A DNA stretch of 64,000 bases from NCBI GenBank assembly GCA_026770705.1, contig JANJGN010000023.1:37944001-38008000 (forward strand), read 5' to 3'. A program made the position numbers and the translations under genes. How positions within the stretch are numbered: position 1 is the stretch's first letter; each line of letters begins with the position of its first letter. The notes beneath the pieces were generated by a model that was not told the DNA's origin, made no database searches, and worked only from the letters and a program-made list of their open reading frames with translations. Shown here piece after piece: positions 1 through 12,800 of this stretch. The stretch is from Isurus oxyrinchus (taxonomy: Eukaryota).

Positions 1-229
1 ACAGTTTCTATAACTGGCTGAATGTCCAATTCCATGGTGGCTTCATTCAACTGCTTGAAGAGATAGGCGTGTATGAGATGAAACGGACCATCTCTTGAGT
101 AACGGTGGGGACACATTAAGCCAGCAGCAGGAATCCCCTTCCCTTGCGTTGGGTTAAGGATGGGGCATTAAGGTTCTCCCCCAGCCCATTGCCTGGGATT
201 CACTGCTGCTTGGTTTGTGAGCTCTCCTG

Positions 230-540
230 CACTGTAAGGTTGACGCAAAGTGGCAAGGCGGAGTTGTCACAATGGGATGGAACGCTCTGCCTAGCAACCG
301 CCATCTGGTGACCAGGTAGACATCAATCGGAGCAGCGTCTGAGAGTGACTCGGGGGGACATGGCATCAATGGTGTTAACGGCATCGGGGCCTACGGGGTT
401 GAAATCCTCCTGCCAGGCCTCGGTGTGAGCGATCAACACGGGTGTCAAGGAGGGGCCGAGCTTCCCAGACACGGACGGGGAGGCCTGGGCTCGCTCACCG
501 AGACTCAGGCCCTCCGATCTCCGAGGCGTCAAGGCTTCCC
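230..540. promoter_or_regulatory. CpG-enriched putative promoter with RFX-like and CTCF-like motifs
   Basis: GC/CpG-rich compared with the AT-rich intron; TGACGCAA (241-248), TCTGCCTAGCAAC (286-298, X-box-like), CGCCATCTGGTGACC (299-313, reverse complement resembles the CTCF core); about 300-550 bp upstream of the ATG. Confidence 0.45.
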
Positions 541-808
541 TCTGTAGTTCCAGGTTGCACTTTCATTGGGCCCAACGTCTCAAGCCTCAGTCAACAGGTG
601 GCTTTACCTGGGTACAGAGGAACCACCACTGGGCTTTAAGACTTGGAAATTCTTTACTGGGTGCCAGATCCAGCACCTTATTTGCGATCAGATTCCAGGC
701 ATCCTGTTGTAAGTTCTTCCTTCTACATTCTGGACATCAAATTTCTGGGCATCGGGCACCGAGTGGCCCGGTCGCCCAGGTGTGGATTCACCAGTTAGGG
801 TATAAAAT

Positions 809-1026
809 ATGGCAGTGGCCCATGTCATAGTGGTACTGCTGCTTTATAGACATCTTTATATTGGTCTAATGCAAACCGCCACAGAGAACACAGAGTCCCA
901 GAATGCCTCCTGCCCCATTTTGTGCACCTGTACCTCTTGGCTGCTATCCTGCATTGGGGCTGGGAAATGGCACCAACTGGATAATGTGCCATTCATCAGA
1001 GGGTCATCATACATATTCAACACCCT
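809..1026 (+). CDS. LRRC37: LRRC37-like coding exon 1: signal peptide + LRRNT cysteine cap
   Basis: ATG at 809 in good Kozak context (aatATGG); hydrophobic VIVVLLL; CPILCTC...LSCIG...L..VP....IFNTL cap; donor CT|gtaagt at 1026/1027 in phase 2, joining exon 2 as CTG (Leu). Confidence 0.85.
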
Positions 1027-1659
1027 GTAAGTATCAGAACAAGTCAACTGTATGCAGTGACAATATTCCTGAGAATTATTATTTACATAATTTGTGAGTC
1101 CTAGGAATGAGTATTTCTTAGATTTCAAAAAGGTGACTACTAATTTAGCGGCAAGAGCAATTTGAACTAATCAATAGTACTGGTTTGACCACCAGACTAA
1201 AATTTACTAATTGTCTAGATCTAAATAATGAAAGAAATTCTATTGAAAAATTGCTGTATTTTGGTGTTCAAACTCAAATCTACCCATAGGATGTCTTAGA
1301 ACTGCCCATATGGTGAGATGCCTCACAACACTGAAATCTCACATTTTAGGCTGGGTTTCAGCTTACTCAATTTGGAAACATTAATTTCTACCGAAGCTGA
1401 AGAAAAACACAGCTGGCTTGAAAGTAGTGTCAGTACATTTGCCTTGCAGTGCAAATTTTTGTTTCTTTCCTTTTTGCTCACAAGGTTAAGTTCTGATGAG
1501 AATATGGTATTTGTCCCTACAAGTCACACCCTTCTCTCAGTTTCTTGAGATGTTGCAACCATTACCTTATCTAGAGGTCCATCCCAGTATTGATCACTCT
1601 ATATGAACAGTTCCTGATGTCATTCCTAGACTTTTCACATTTTTAAAAATAGTTTCATA

Positions 1660-2090
1660 CATGAATTAGTGGTAACAGTCCTGCCTTTGAATCAGAAATT
1701 TTTGGGTTCAGGTCCCATTTCATGATTTGAGCATATAATCTAGACTGGTACTTCAGTGTGTACTGAGAGTGTGGGACTTTCAGATGTATTGTTTTTCAGA
1801 TGTAAAGTCAAGGCCTTGTGTTCCCAGATGCGCATGGCGCTATTTTGAAGAGGAGCTTGTAAGTTGTCCCTGTGTTCTGGCCAGTTGTTATCCCTCAACC
1901 AGCCTCACTAAAAGCAGATTATCTAGCCATTATCACATTGTTGCCAGTGGACCCCTGCTCTACACATATTGGCTACCACATTTGCTATATTACAATAGTG
2001 ACTACATTTGAAAAGTACTTTATTGGCTGTAAAGCACTTTGGGATAATGTCCTGTGATCATGAAATGTGCTATATAAATTTGTTTCTTTT
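1660..2090 (+). mobile_element. tRNA-derived DeuSINE (SacSINE1-like)
   Basis: tRNA-like head (agtggtaac...gggttcaggtccc), central domain (tatccctcaacc...cagattatct...tatcacattg), tail aaagcactttggga...gctatataaat; homologous to copies at ~3465 and ~44308. Confidence 0.75.
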
Positions 2091-2614
2091 CCATTTGTCA
2101 GGTTTAACTTCAAGTAATATTTTAGATTAACAGTTTCTACTCATACTATTTGTCTAATTGAATACTTTCGGGAAGCCTATTTAAATAACTATGCATAGAC
2201 ATTCCCTGTCCATTTCTTTACCCTTTACAAATCCATGCTGGCTCTCTCTGATCAGCTGAAAAATTTCAAGGTTCAGTTGCTTAACCATTAGCTATAGACT
2301 ATAGCAACTTCTCAACAGGCCTTAGGCTAAATGTTCCATAATTCCCTGGTTCCCCTCTGCCACCTTTCTTAAACAACAGAATGATATGGACAATTTTCCA
2401 GCCAAAAGGATTTTGACATACTTTCACTCCAGTGGGGTCTGCCTATCCTCATTTACATTATCAACACTTTACAGATTTTTCTTCAAACCTTGCAAACGAT
2501 GTCAAATTCATTAAGTTTAGACGAGCCCCTTTCTTAATTGAATACAGAAGGAAGAAATTATTTATTATTTTAACTGTTTCCCTACTTTCAACTCCATTTA
2601 CAACCTTTGTTTTT

Positions 2615-3270
2615 TATATTCATGGCTGCATGAACTGGCAATGCCAGCATTTGTTGCCCTTGAGAAGGTGGTGGCGAGCCATCTTCTTGAACCACTACAG
2701 TTCATGTAGAAGGAAATTCCAGTTTTTGTCCAGTGTTAGTGAACGGCTGGCTATGCAGTTCCTAGTCAGGGTGATGTATGACTTGGAGGGAATTTGCAGT
2801 TGATGGTGTCCACATGAGTCTTCGCCCCTAATTCTTCAAGGTGGTAGAGGTTGCAAGTTTGAAGGATGCTGTTGAAGGAGGCTTGACAAATTGCTGCAGT
2901 GCATCCTGTGGATGATACAAACTGATGCCGCTGTGCATCGGTGTTGGAGGGAGGAATTTTATGTTGGTAGATGGGGTGCCGATCAAGCAGGCTGCTTTGT
3001 TTTGGATGGTCTTGAGCTTCTTGCTTATTGGAGCTGCACTCTATCAGGCAAGTGTAGAGTATTCTGTCATACTCCTGAGCTGTGCCTTGGAGATTGTGGA
3101 CAGGTTTTGTGGAGTCAGGAGGTGAGTTACTTGCCACAGAATTCCCAGAGTCTACACTGTCTCTTTAGTCACAGTCTTTATATGGCTGGTCCAGTTAAAC
3201 TTCTGGTCAATGGTAAGTCTCCAGATGTTGATGGTGGGGGATTCAATGACGGTAATGTCATTGAACGTCA
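2615..3270 (-). mobile_element. LINE family B (CR1/L2-group) 3' fragment
   Basis: Homologous to the 14390-14993 fragment that encodes a LINE ORF2 C-terminus. Confidence 0.75.
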
Positions 3271-3464
3271 AGAGGAGATTCTCCTTTGGTCATTTGTCTG
3301 TAGTGTTGGAATAATTTGTTACCGTTATGTTTGAATTGTACTGTTGTGATCAGTTCCAATTTCCTTTTGGTCATGATTATTTTCTTTTACATTTTTTGAA
3401 GTTTTCTATATTCTTTCCCATAGTTTTCTTTATCTTTCCCCTACATGGGTATCCGTATCCGCTC

Positions 3465-3893
3465 TGACTAAAAGATAGCACTCTTGCCCCCAAGTTGGAA
3501 GGTCAAGTCCCACTCCAGAAATTTAAAAATCTAATCTAGGCTGACATTTTAATACAGTGCTGAGCAAATGTTGCATTATTAGAGGTGCAATTTTTCTATG
3601 AAACATTAAGCTAAGGCCCTTTCTATGTTCTTAGATGAAAGGTTTCACTATTTAAAGAGTAGAAGATTTCTCTAGGTGTCCTGGCCAATATTTATGCATC
3701 AACTAACACTGCTAAAACAGATTATTTTGTCATATATTTCATTGCTGTTTGTGAGACTTTGCTGCATGCAAATTGGGTGCTTTGTTTCCCTCCCTTAACA
3801 TTGTGATTATGCTTCAAAGATATTTAGTTAGCAGTAAAGTGCTTTGGGATGTTTTGAGTTTTTGAAATGTGCTTTAGACATGCAAATTCTTTC
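3465..3893 (+). mobile_element. DeuSINE copy
   Basis: gtgtcctggccaatatttat...cagattat...attgctgtttgtg...gctttggga...atgcaaattctttct. Confidence 0.75.
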
Positions 3894-4639
3894 TGCATAT
3901 CTTGTTTCTCTTTCTCATTTCATGTATTTTAAAATTAGTTAATCAGGGTTCCCTTTATTATAGTATGCTTACTAGCTCTTTATTTACTGTACTTGCTCAG
4001 TAGTATACCCTCAATTGAAATTTTCTTGAGCGCTGCCCTGTAGTAGATTTGTTTAAACCCTTTTCTCATTCCTTGAAGTTGGTGCTTTTAAAGTTGTGCT
4101 TGAGCACTGCTTTGCATATTGATTTATGCCTGATCAGTACAAATACAAGACCTCCCCACTGATCACACCAAGTTTAATAGTGTAATGAGTGCTGTCATAT
4201 TGTGGTGCTATGATTTCAGTTTCTAAAATGCATTTTGCCATTAGCAATTAAATATGTTAATCCTCATGTCATCCCTAGCTCAGTGTGTCAGAAGCAGTCA
4301 GGGATTATGTTAATAAACTCTGATACTCTGTTGCTTGGGCATTCCATGTTTATACCAGGTTGGTTGAAATTCTTTATTAGTAAGATCTTTTATTTTGCAC
4401 ATACTTCCTTTATTCTTCATACAGTCATCTGTCATTTTTTAAATTTTGAAACAATAGCATATGGCAAAGCCAGAGTTGTTATTGTTCCATTCACATGACT
4501 TTCAGCTTGTTAAAAACAGATCCTGTATTCTGTCTATCATCCATTGCACTGTGCTTTTCTCCAACTCACTGCCCAACTCCTTCTCCATATTAAAGGTTTA
4601 TTTTTTTTCAACATACATTATATGTTCAGCTAGAGTATT

Positions 4640-4910
4640 TTGTCTAATCCTGGGCACCACTCTTTAGGCCTTTGAGAAAGTGTAAAAGAGATTTACTGGA
4701 ATTGTACCAGGGAGGAAGTATTTAAGTTTTGTAAAGAGACATGAAAAACTGGGAGCAAGGAAGGTTATGGGGAGATTTAATGGAGGTGTTCAAAATTATA
4801 AGGGATTTTGATAGAGGAGATAAGGGAGAAACTTTTTCCATTGGAAGAATGATCAGTAACCAGAAGACACAAATTTAAGATGATTGGCAAAGGAGCCAGG
4901 ATGAATATAA
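4640..4910 (+). mobile_element. CR1 ORF2 C-terminal fragment
   Basis: Homologous to the 3' part of the other CR1 copies (gaggtgttcaaaattat...ggacacaaatttaag type). Confidence 0.65.
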
Positions 4911-4915
4911 AGAGA

Positions 4916-5051
4916 ACAAAAGCAAAATACCTAGATATTAGAAATCTAAAATAAAAAACAGAAAATGATGGAACTACTCAGCAGGTCTGGCAGCATCTGT
5001 GGAGAGAGAAACAGAGTTAACATTTCAGGTCACGGACCTTTCTTCAGAACT
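4916..5051 (-). mobile_element. Micro-PLE (pLTR end) with hammerhead motif
   Basis: Homologous to 54683-54818; minus strand reads AGTT CTGAAGA A AGGTC cgt GACCT GAAA TGTT AACT (5015-5051). Confidence 0.75.
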
Positions 5052-5914
5052 ACAGGCTGTGTTTGAGTGGGAGTACTTGGCAGTTGGAAGAGTTGATAAA
5101 ATTGGCGAAGGTGAGAGGAAGTAATGCTGCATGTGGAGAAGGCCCTGTGCCTCCAAAGGTTCAAGTCAGATCACTGGCTCCCAGCTATGGGTGCTATAGT
5201 TGCATTCCCTGTTGGGCTGCAACATGAGATTGAGAGAGAGCAAAGGTAGCAAAGAAGAGGAAAAGCTGCTCATGACCAGAGGACTCACAACAGGAGGCCT
5301 TACTCTTTTTGGGTTATACTTTTGGAGCACTTTTCTTACCACAGCCTAAGCTGGGAGCAGTGTGTGCGCTCACTCTGTTTTGTGAAGGAGATGCTCACAA
5401 AACCCTGCCTCACTTCTTGCAGCCAGACCCCCTAAGCCCTAGAGCAAAGTGAAGACAGCACTGCCAATGGCTATGAAGGTGAGTGCGGCCTAAATTTCTT
5501 TGTGACAGGATCCTTCCAGGCTGGAGAAGGCAATATCGGTAACAGTTCCCAGTTTGCAGTCAGCTGCTGTGTCAGTACCATGACAGCTGTTCTCAATGCC
5601 AGGAGAGGTGAGTTCACTGTGTGTTTTGAATAGAGAGAAGCAGATGGAGCATGCACATGGTTTTGCCAGGATAGGAGCCATCCCCATGGTAGGGTGTCAT
5701 CGATTGCATACACATAGCTTTGTGGGCATCGCATTTCAATACTGAGATGTACTAAAAACTCTCTGAATATGTGTTTGGTATGTGACCATGCTCAGCCTAT
5801 CATGCTGGTGAATGTCTGCTATTCTACCCATAGTCATGAAGATTTTGTTTTGCGCCAGTCTGCTGTTCCCTCAGTCTTTCAGCCACCACATTAAACAAGA
5901 GTGTTTCTAGTACA

Positions 5915-6573
5915 GAATTGAGTATTGCTGAAAAAATACATTTTGTCAAAGCTTTTCATCTTGCATTCATCAGGACAATCAGGACAATGTGGTATATGAA
6001 TTTCAGTGCCAGTGTGATGCTAGATATATAGGCTCTATGTTCCAAAGACTGGCAGATCATATCAAACAGCATGTCCCTTCTGCTGGTTGCAATGGGCAAG
6101 ATACATACCATACCCAACCAGCCCGTGCTTGCAAAACTCAAAACATGGTGTCCAACATTAGATGTGATTCAGCGATTGGGCAACATATGCTAACTAATCC
6201 CCAGTGTGCTAAAAATTACACTCAAGTCAAATTAAGATTGTTAGTCGGACTCAGTGTGGTGCATTTGCGTGTACTGGAAGCTACATATATTAATACACAG
6301 GCCCTGTTCTTTGCAGACAGAAAGAACATATACACACATTGTGCCTATTACAGCTAACAACACAAATGATAGCCATTCACTGGTTCATTCCTCAGGAAAT
6401 GCCTTGACCAATCAGAGTCAAGCCACCTGGTTCAACATTTCAAACAAGGCTTGGCAGTTAACTGTCAGTCACCATTAATTGGTGCATTCTCCATGGCAAT
6501 GCCTCTACCAATCAGAGTCCACTTGCCAACCATTCAGCACTCTCTTCTCATGTCCTTTCTCAGCAATACTCAA
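5915..6573 (+). mobile_element. Second PLE family: GIY-YIG endonuclease 3' fragment with short inverted pLTR
   Basis: ORF 5989-6357 VYEFQCQCDARYIG...RLADHIKQH...SAIGQH...VLEATYI is GIY-YIG-like; the ends ttgagtattgctga (~5916) and tcagcaatactcaa (~6560-6572) are inverted; degenerate hammerhead on the minus strand at ~5944-5977. Confidence 0.7.
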
Positions 6574-8269
6574 GATGGTTTCTGCTTCGATATAAAAGCT
6601 ATCTGCTTTAAACCTGGCTCATGACTCTGCTCTGTCGCCCAGTCATGCCATCACACGTACAATCAGAGCTATGCTGTCATGTGAAACATCATGTTGACTT
6701 GAAGCAATTATTCTGCTGCCTGGACCACTCTGGAGGAGCCCTGCAGTACTCGTCAAAGCATATGTCCCAATTCTTGGTGCTCTATATCCTTCGGAACCTG
6801 GTCATCATGAGGGCACATCCCTTGCCACCAGGAAGGGGAGAAGGTGGAGGAGCAGGAAGGGAGAAGGCAGCTGACAGATCCTGTTCTGGTCAAGCTGCCC
6901 TGAGAGTCTCATTCGACTGAAGTCCCCGTGAACTCAACCCTCAATCCCTATTCTACCAGCAGCCCCTTACCTTAACATCCCTCTGTTACCATCAATGTCC
7001 TCTTTGCCAAAATATTGAAATAAAAACCATCCTAAAACAAACATTTCATGCCAACTTTATCCAATAAACTTCCAATAATCCATGCAAAAGTCAACTAACC
7101 ACCCTTGTGCAATCCATTAGGGTATGTCATGCGGATGGTTGCCTTTTCCTTGCCTAGTGCTCCTGCGCAGTACTACCCAGTGGCTGCAGCATGACTGGTG
7201 GAAAGCTTCTGACTTTCAGTGGGGGAGTCCTGGGCCTTAAAGGCAGGGCTTTGAACTACAACATCTCAGCATAGGCAGTAACAGTCAGGAAATACACAAC
7301 AGCAGGGCAAGTGTTTCAGTGGTGGGAGCACGAATACTGTCCTCCTGAAAGAGGCCAGCAGACTTGTGCTCCATAGTGCAATTGTTACTCCAGTGAGTGA
7401 TGTCTCAGCTATCCTTTAATCTACTGGAGCATCGATTGTTGAACCCTGAAAACCCATTTGGTCACTGGCATCTGGAACCGTGATGGCAGCAGTCTGCACC
7501 TGCATGACGATAAGCTGAAATTTTGTGACCTCAGATCATTTAGGTGACTTCTGTTTGTGCCAGCACTGTCTCCTCTGTGGCGGCAACAGTGTGCAACCGT
7601 TCCTTGCTACCACTGTTTAGGTGTTCCTGCAACTGATTATGGGCCATCCTGTCCTGCAAGAGCAAGGGAATTATGTCGGAGTGTGGTGCAGTGTGTTTGG
7701 GTGATGTGCCTGCCACAGTTGAATAGATGGAAATTTGTGCAAGCTGTAAGATGTGGATGTGAGGCTGGCGTCAGTGCTAAGCATGCTAAGTAAGGTGAGA
7801 CAGTGAATCTTGGACATGAGCCATGCTTGATAGAGACTGTTGCGAGGGAGTAGTAAGTGAGGCTAGAGGTTCATTTTTAATAATGTGGCATGTGAAGATG
7901 CATTTGCTCACTTTCTTTAATCAGGTGAGGTGATTGAACATTTTCTAGCAAAGCATTCAGATTTTTGGAGCTACACTGCTGCACACTACTGTCATTTAAA
8001 TTCACAGACAGCACAACATTTATGTACTGCCTGCATCCCTGCACCCAATTACCAGCCTAATATAAGTTTTCCCCAGGACCTTTTAAGAACAGGAAAAGTC
8101 CACTTTGTCTAACAAAGATTTTTTTTTGGTTGAACTCAATCCCATCTTCCTCAGTATCGTCATACTATTCAATCCTGTTTTATTCCAGAATCATATTTAT
8201 GCTACTTGGCACTATGGCAAATTATTTTATAAATATTTATAAATATGTTGTGTAGAATGTTTTGTGTCT

Positions 8270-9360
8270 GAGTTACCTATTAGGAGAAAGCAACTGGGGA
8301 TAGTGGGTATGTACTCAAATTGACTGGAAGTGAATAGTGGTGCTCCACAGAGGTCTGTTGTGGGGGCATGGCTTTTCATGTTCTCTTAAATGACTTAGAT
8401 AAAGGATTTGAGAGCCACTATCTGAGTTTGCTGATGATACTAAGTTAGGTGGCACCGTTGTCAGTGTATATAAGAGCAGAAACTTGTAAAGGGACATTGA
8501 TAGATAAGTGAATTGGCAAAACTGTGACAAATGAGGTTCAATGTGGATTAGTGTGAAGTCATCAACTTTTGACTCAAAAGAGATCGATCTGAGTATTTTG
8601 CAAATGTGAGAAGCTAGGATTTGTGGTTGAGCAGAAATATTTAGGCATCCCAGTATAGAGATCATTAAAAGATAGAGGATAGGTATCTAATTTAAAGGCT
8701 AATAAAATGCTGCCTTTATCTTCAGAGACTGGAATGCAAAGGGGTGAAAATTATGTTATAGCTGTACAGAGTTCTGTTTAAATCCTGCCTGGAGTTTTGC
8801 ATTCAATTCTGGGCAGCACACCTCAGGAAATATATATTGGCCTTGGAACGGTACCGTGCAGATTCACCAGAATGATAAAAGCAAAATACTACAGATGCTG
8901 GAAATCTGAAGTAAAAGCAGAAAGTTCTGGTAAAACTCAGCAGGTCTGGCAGTGCCTGTGGAAAGAGAAACAGAAGAAAAGTCGTATTGGACTTTAAACA
9001 TTAACTCTATTTCCCTCTCCACAGATGCTGCCAGACCACCTAGTTTTTCCAGCACTTTGTTTTTATTTTACCAGAATGATACTAGGGCTAAAATAGTTAA
9101 ATTATGAGGATAGGCTGTATTAGTCTTGCATTCCCTTGAATATAGAGGATTAAGGTGTGATCTAATTGAGGTGTTTAAGATGATTAAATGATTTAATAGG
9201 GTCAATAGAAACTATCTCCTATGGTGGGAGAGCCTAGAACAAGAGAGCATCACTTTAAAATTAGCATGGTCGTTCACTCAAGGGCAATGTCAGAAAACAT
9301 TTTTTCACACAAAGGGTAGTGAAAATCTGGAACTATCTTCTCCCAAAAAGCAGTTGAGGC
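8270..9360 (+). mobile_element. CR1 ORF2 RT/C-terminal fragment (interrupted by micro-PLE)
   Basis: FADDTKL-encoding tttgctgatgatactaagtta at 8427; typical CR1 downstream sequence. Confidence 0.75.
8878..9069. mobile_element. Hairpin micro-PLE (two inverted pLTR ends) with 12-bp TSD
   Basis: Inverted arms (cagcaggtctggcag / ctgccagacc); TSD accagaatgata at 8866-8877 and 9070-9081. Confidence 0.8.
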
Positions 9361-10099
9361 TAGGTCATTTGAATATAATTATATAAAACATCTTTAACAT
9401 AGTACAACGTACTAAGGCGTTTAACATTATTATGAGGAAGGAATCAATATAAAGCCAAAGAAGAAGTTATGAGAGCTGACCCAAAATTTGGTCAGAGTGG
9501 AAATTTAAGGAAGCAGAGAACTGGAGGTAAAAACTGAAATTGGGACCTAGCTGACTGAAGGCATGGCTCTCAATAATGGATAGAAGGAGGGGTTGCATTA
9601 GGTCCTAGAATTGGAAGCATAGGGAGTTCAGGAGGCTTTATAGAGCTAGAGGAGGGTGTAGAGATTGTCATGGGCAAGTCTATGGACATACTCAAATACA
9701 AAGATAAGAAAATAATGTTTGACACATTGAGGGACTAAAAGCCAATGTTGGTCGGTGAGTATAGGTATGATAAATCAGTGGCACTTGTGCACCAGGGTTT
9801 TAAGTGTGCTGAGTTATAAAGAGAATGGGGGATTGGAGGCCAACCACGAGAGTATTGGAGTAGTTGATTCTGAAGATGGCAAGCTGTGTATGGTGGTAGA
9901 CTCCACAGTCATGATTATGTCTTTGTTATACTATTTGGCTCTCTGTATTGTGACCAGTATACTCAAATGAAGTTTGCCAATGTCTTTTCCCATATCAACT
10001 TCATCACATATGATTTGTATCCTGTTTACCTGGTAAAGCAGCCCAGTACTTCATTTCTGAAGAGAGATCTGTACCCAAAACATTGGCCATTTTTAAATT

Positions 10100-10800
10100 T
10101 TTTGTTCATGGATGTAGGTATTACTTGCAAAGCCAGCATATATTGCCCATCCCTAATTGTCCTTGAGAAGATGGTGTGTCACCTTCTTGAACTACTGCAG
10201 TCCATATGATTTAGGTAGTTCCACGTTCCTGCTAGGGGGGGAGTTCTAGGATTTTGACCCAATGAAAAGGAAGGTCAAGTCAGTCATACAAATTCCAAGT
10301 TGGAATGGTGTGTGGCCTGGAGGGAAACTTACAGCTGGCACATGGGAACATTATCCACCAACTTTAGAGTTCCCTCTCGTGTTCTTTCCAGGCGCCAGCT
10401 TTCTTGCCCTTTTAGGTACAGGTCTGGAAGGTGCTGTCGAAGGAACCTTCATGAGTTGCTGCAGCGCATCTTGTGGTTGGTACACACTGCTGCTGCTAGG
10501 CGCCATTGGCGGACAGAATGAATGCTAAAGTTGGTGGATGGTGTCCCCATGCACTAGCTGCTCCTGTCCTTCTAGGTGTGGATTTGGAATGTGCTGCTGA
10601 AGGAACCTTGGTGACTTGCTCTGCCAATCAAGTTGGCTGCTATGGCTTGGATAGTATTGAGTTTCTTTAGTGTTGTTAGAACTGAACTCATTCAGGCAAA
10701 CGGAGAGTATTTCATTACAGTCCTCACTTGTGCCTTGTAGGTGGTGAATAGGCTTTGGGGAGGCAGGAATTGAGCTTTTCACCACAGAGTTCCCAACTTC
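10100..10800 (-). mobile_element. LINE family B 3' fragment
   Basis: ttcatggatgtagg...ttgcccatccctaattgtccttgagaag tail plus ORF2 C-terminal homology. Confidence 0.7.
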
Positions 10801-10894
10801 TGTTTAGACATTAATAGGCTTGCTACACATAATTATCATTTTCTGCTTTTAGTCCAATTCCTTCCTTATTTATCTTTTGAGTCTGGGGATTTAT

Positions 10895-11395
10895 TAATGG
10901 GAAATAATGAGATGGCAGATGAATTGAACAGATATTTTGCATTGGTCTCCAGTACAGAGGATATAAGTAACACCCCAGAAAGAGCTGTAAATTAGGAAAT
11001 GGAAGAGAGGGTAGAACTCAAGAAAATTATAATCACCTGGGAAGTGGTATTAAGTAAATTGTTGGAGCTGCGTGCTGACAAGACCCCAGGACTTCACCCT
11101 ATGACCTTAAAAGAAGTGGCTAGTGAGATAGTAGATGCGTTCATTTTAATTTTCAAAAATTCCCTAGATTTGGGGAAAGTAGAGAATGTAACTCCTTTAT
11201 TCAAAAAGGGAGAGACACAGGAAGCAGGAAACTACAGGCCAGTTAGCTTAACATCTGTCATAGGGAAAATGTTAGAAGCTATTATTAAAGACAATATAGC
11301 AGAGCACTTGCAAAAATTCAAGATAATCAGGCAGAGTCAATATGGTTTTGTGAAAGGGAAATCATGTTTAACCAATTTATTGGAATTCTTTGAAC
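10895..11395 (+). mobile_element. CR1 ORF2 fragment
   Basis: ORF 10999-11421: NVTPLFKKG..AGNYRPVSLTSVIGKMLE...QYGFVKGKSCLTNLLEFF. Confidence 0.85.
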
Positions 11396-12479
11396 CATAT
11401 AATATCAATGTCGAGTGTTGAAATCCTGAGAAGATTTCTGAATATGTGTTATTTTTCTCCGCATTTCAACACTTGCTATTGTTATTATATAGCTCATTGA
11501 TTCTGTGCATATGCATTCTGGGTGAATAGGCATCGGACCATGGAGGAGCCCATGGGAGGTGGGTGAGGGGGTGTGAGGGGCAAGGGCAAGAAGGCCTAAC
11601 TGCTTTTAATACAGCTGGGACAAAACCCTAGAGAACCAAGGCAGGCCTTCTAACCAGCCCACCTTGGATCTTGCCTGCCCCCATGGCCACCTACAATCTG
11701 TTTCTGGGATCAGCAAGCATGACTCTATTGAACAGTCTCCCCTGAGGGAATATGGGTTGTAACATGTCTGTTTTCACTGAGGCGGGTCTGCTGAGTCAGG
11801 AAAATTCCCAGTCTGGGCTACCTGCTTTGGTAGCGAAAATCCAGCCCATTGTCTTTGCTTTGATGTTAGAATCAAGGTAAATGTTTTGTTCTTGATTTCA
11901 AATCAAAGACCCCAAACTGCTCAGAAACATATATTAGAAATAGGGGTGCAGCATTTTGGGTTTTGGGTCAGGACCCTGAGCAGCAGAGTGAAATGGGAGT
12001 CACAACCCCGCACTCTGTAGGGAACAGTCACCTGGCAGTGATTTTCCCTGAATTGGCCAATTAGTGGCCAGAGGGTGGGCTGGCTGTCCAGTTAAGGATG
12101 GGAGGTTGGCTCTCAAAGCTGAAGAGCCAATAGGAGGTCGTGCAGCTCAGGAGAAGCAGCAGACTATCTTTTTAGGTTAAGAGAGAAAGCAGATTCCTCA
12201 ACTCAGGATGGAGGTGACCTCTCTCCAACTTGTTAAAATTTTAAATAAGAATTGCCCTTTGCAGCTGATTCACCATTTTGGAGGGAGATAGGGGTTGGGG
12301 TGCTGGGAGCTAGGCAGGTGGGAAGGGCCTCAAGGCCATCCTGAATTAGTGCTCCTCCTTTCCCCCAGCCCCCCAACTGTCTGTCAGGAGGCCACCTCTA
12401 GTCACTGATGCCTTGGGGGCCCAGAGGCCAACTGAAAAAATCAAGTTGGCTTCTGACAATAGGAGCACAGGAGCATTGT

Positions 12480-12800
12480 TTTTATTCTTTCACAGGACGT
12501 GGGGCTTGCATTTTTATTGCCCGTCCCTAATTACCTTTCAGAAGGTGGTGGTGAGCTGCCTTCATGAACTGCTGCAGTTCACGTGGAGTAGATATGCCCA
12601 TAGTGCTGTTAGGAAGAGAGTTTCAGTATTTTGACCCAGGATCAGTGAAGGAATGGCATATAGTTTAAAGTCAGGATGGTGTGTGGCTTGAAGGGGAACA
12701 TGCAGGTGGTGGTGCTCCCATGCATCTGCTCCTTGTCCTTCTAGGTGGTAGAGGTTATAGGTTTGGAAGGTGCTGTTGAAAGAGCCTTAGTGAGTTGCCA
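12480..12800 (-). mobile_element. LINE family B 3' end
   Basis: Same tail as 14390 and 63715. Confidence 0.7.

Noticed and set aside
801-807. TATAAAA just before the ATG
   Set aside because: Too close: transcription would start downstream of the ATG at 809.
1484-1506. Possible micro-exon after a polypyrimidine tract
   Set aside because: About 22 nt, frame-breaking, weak donor; exon 1 already joins exon 2 in frame.
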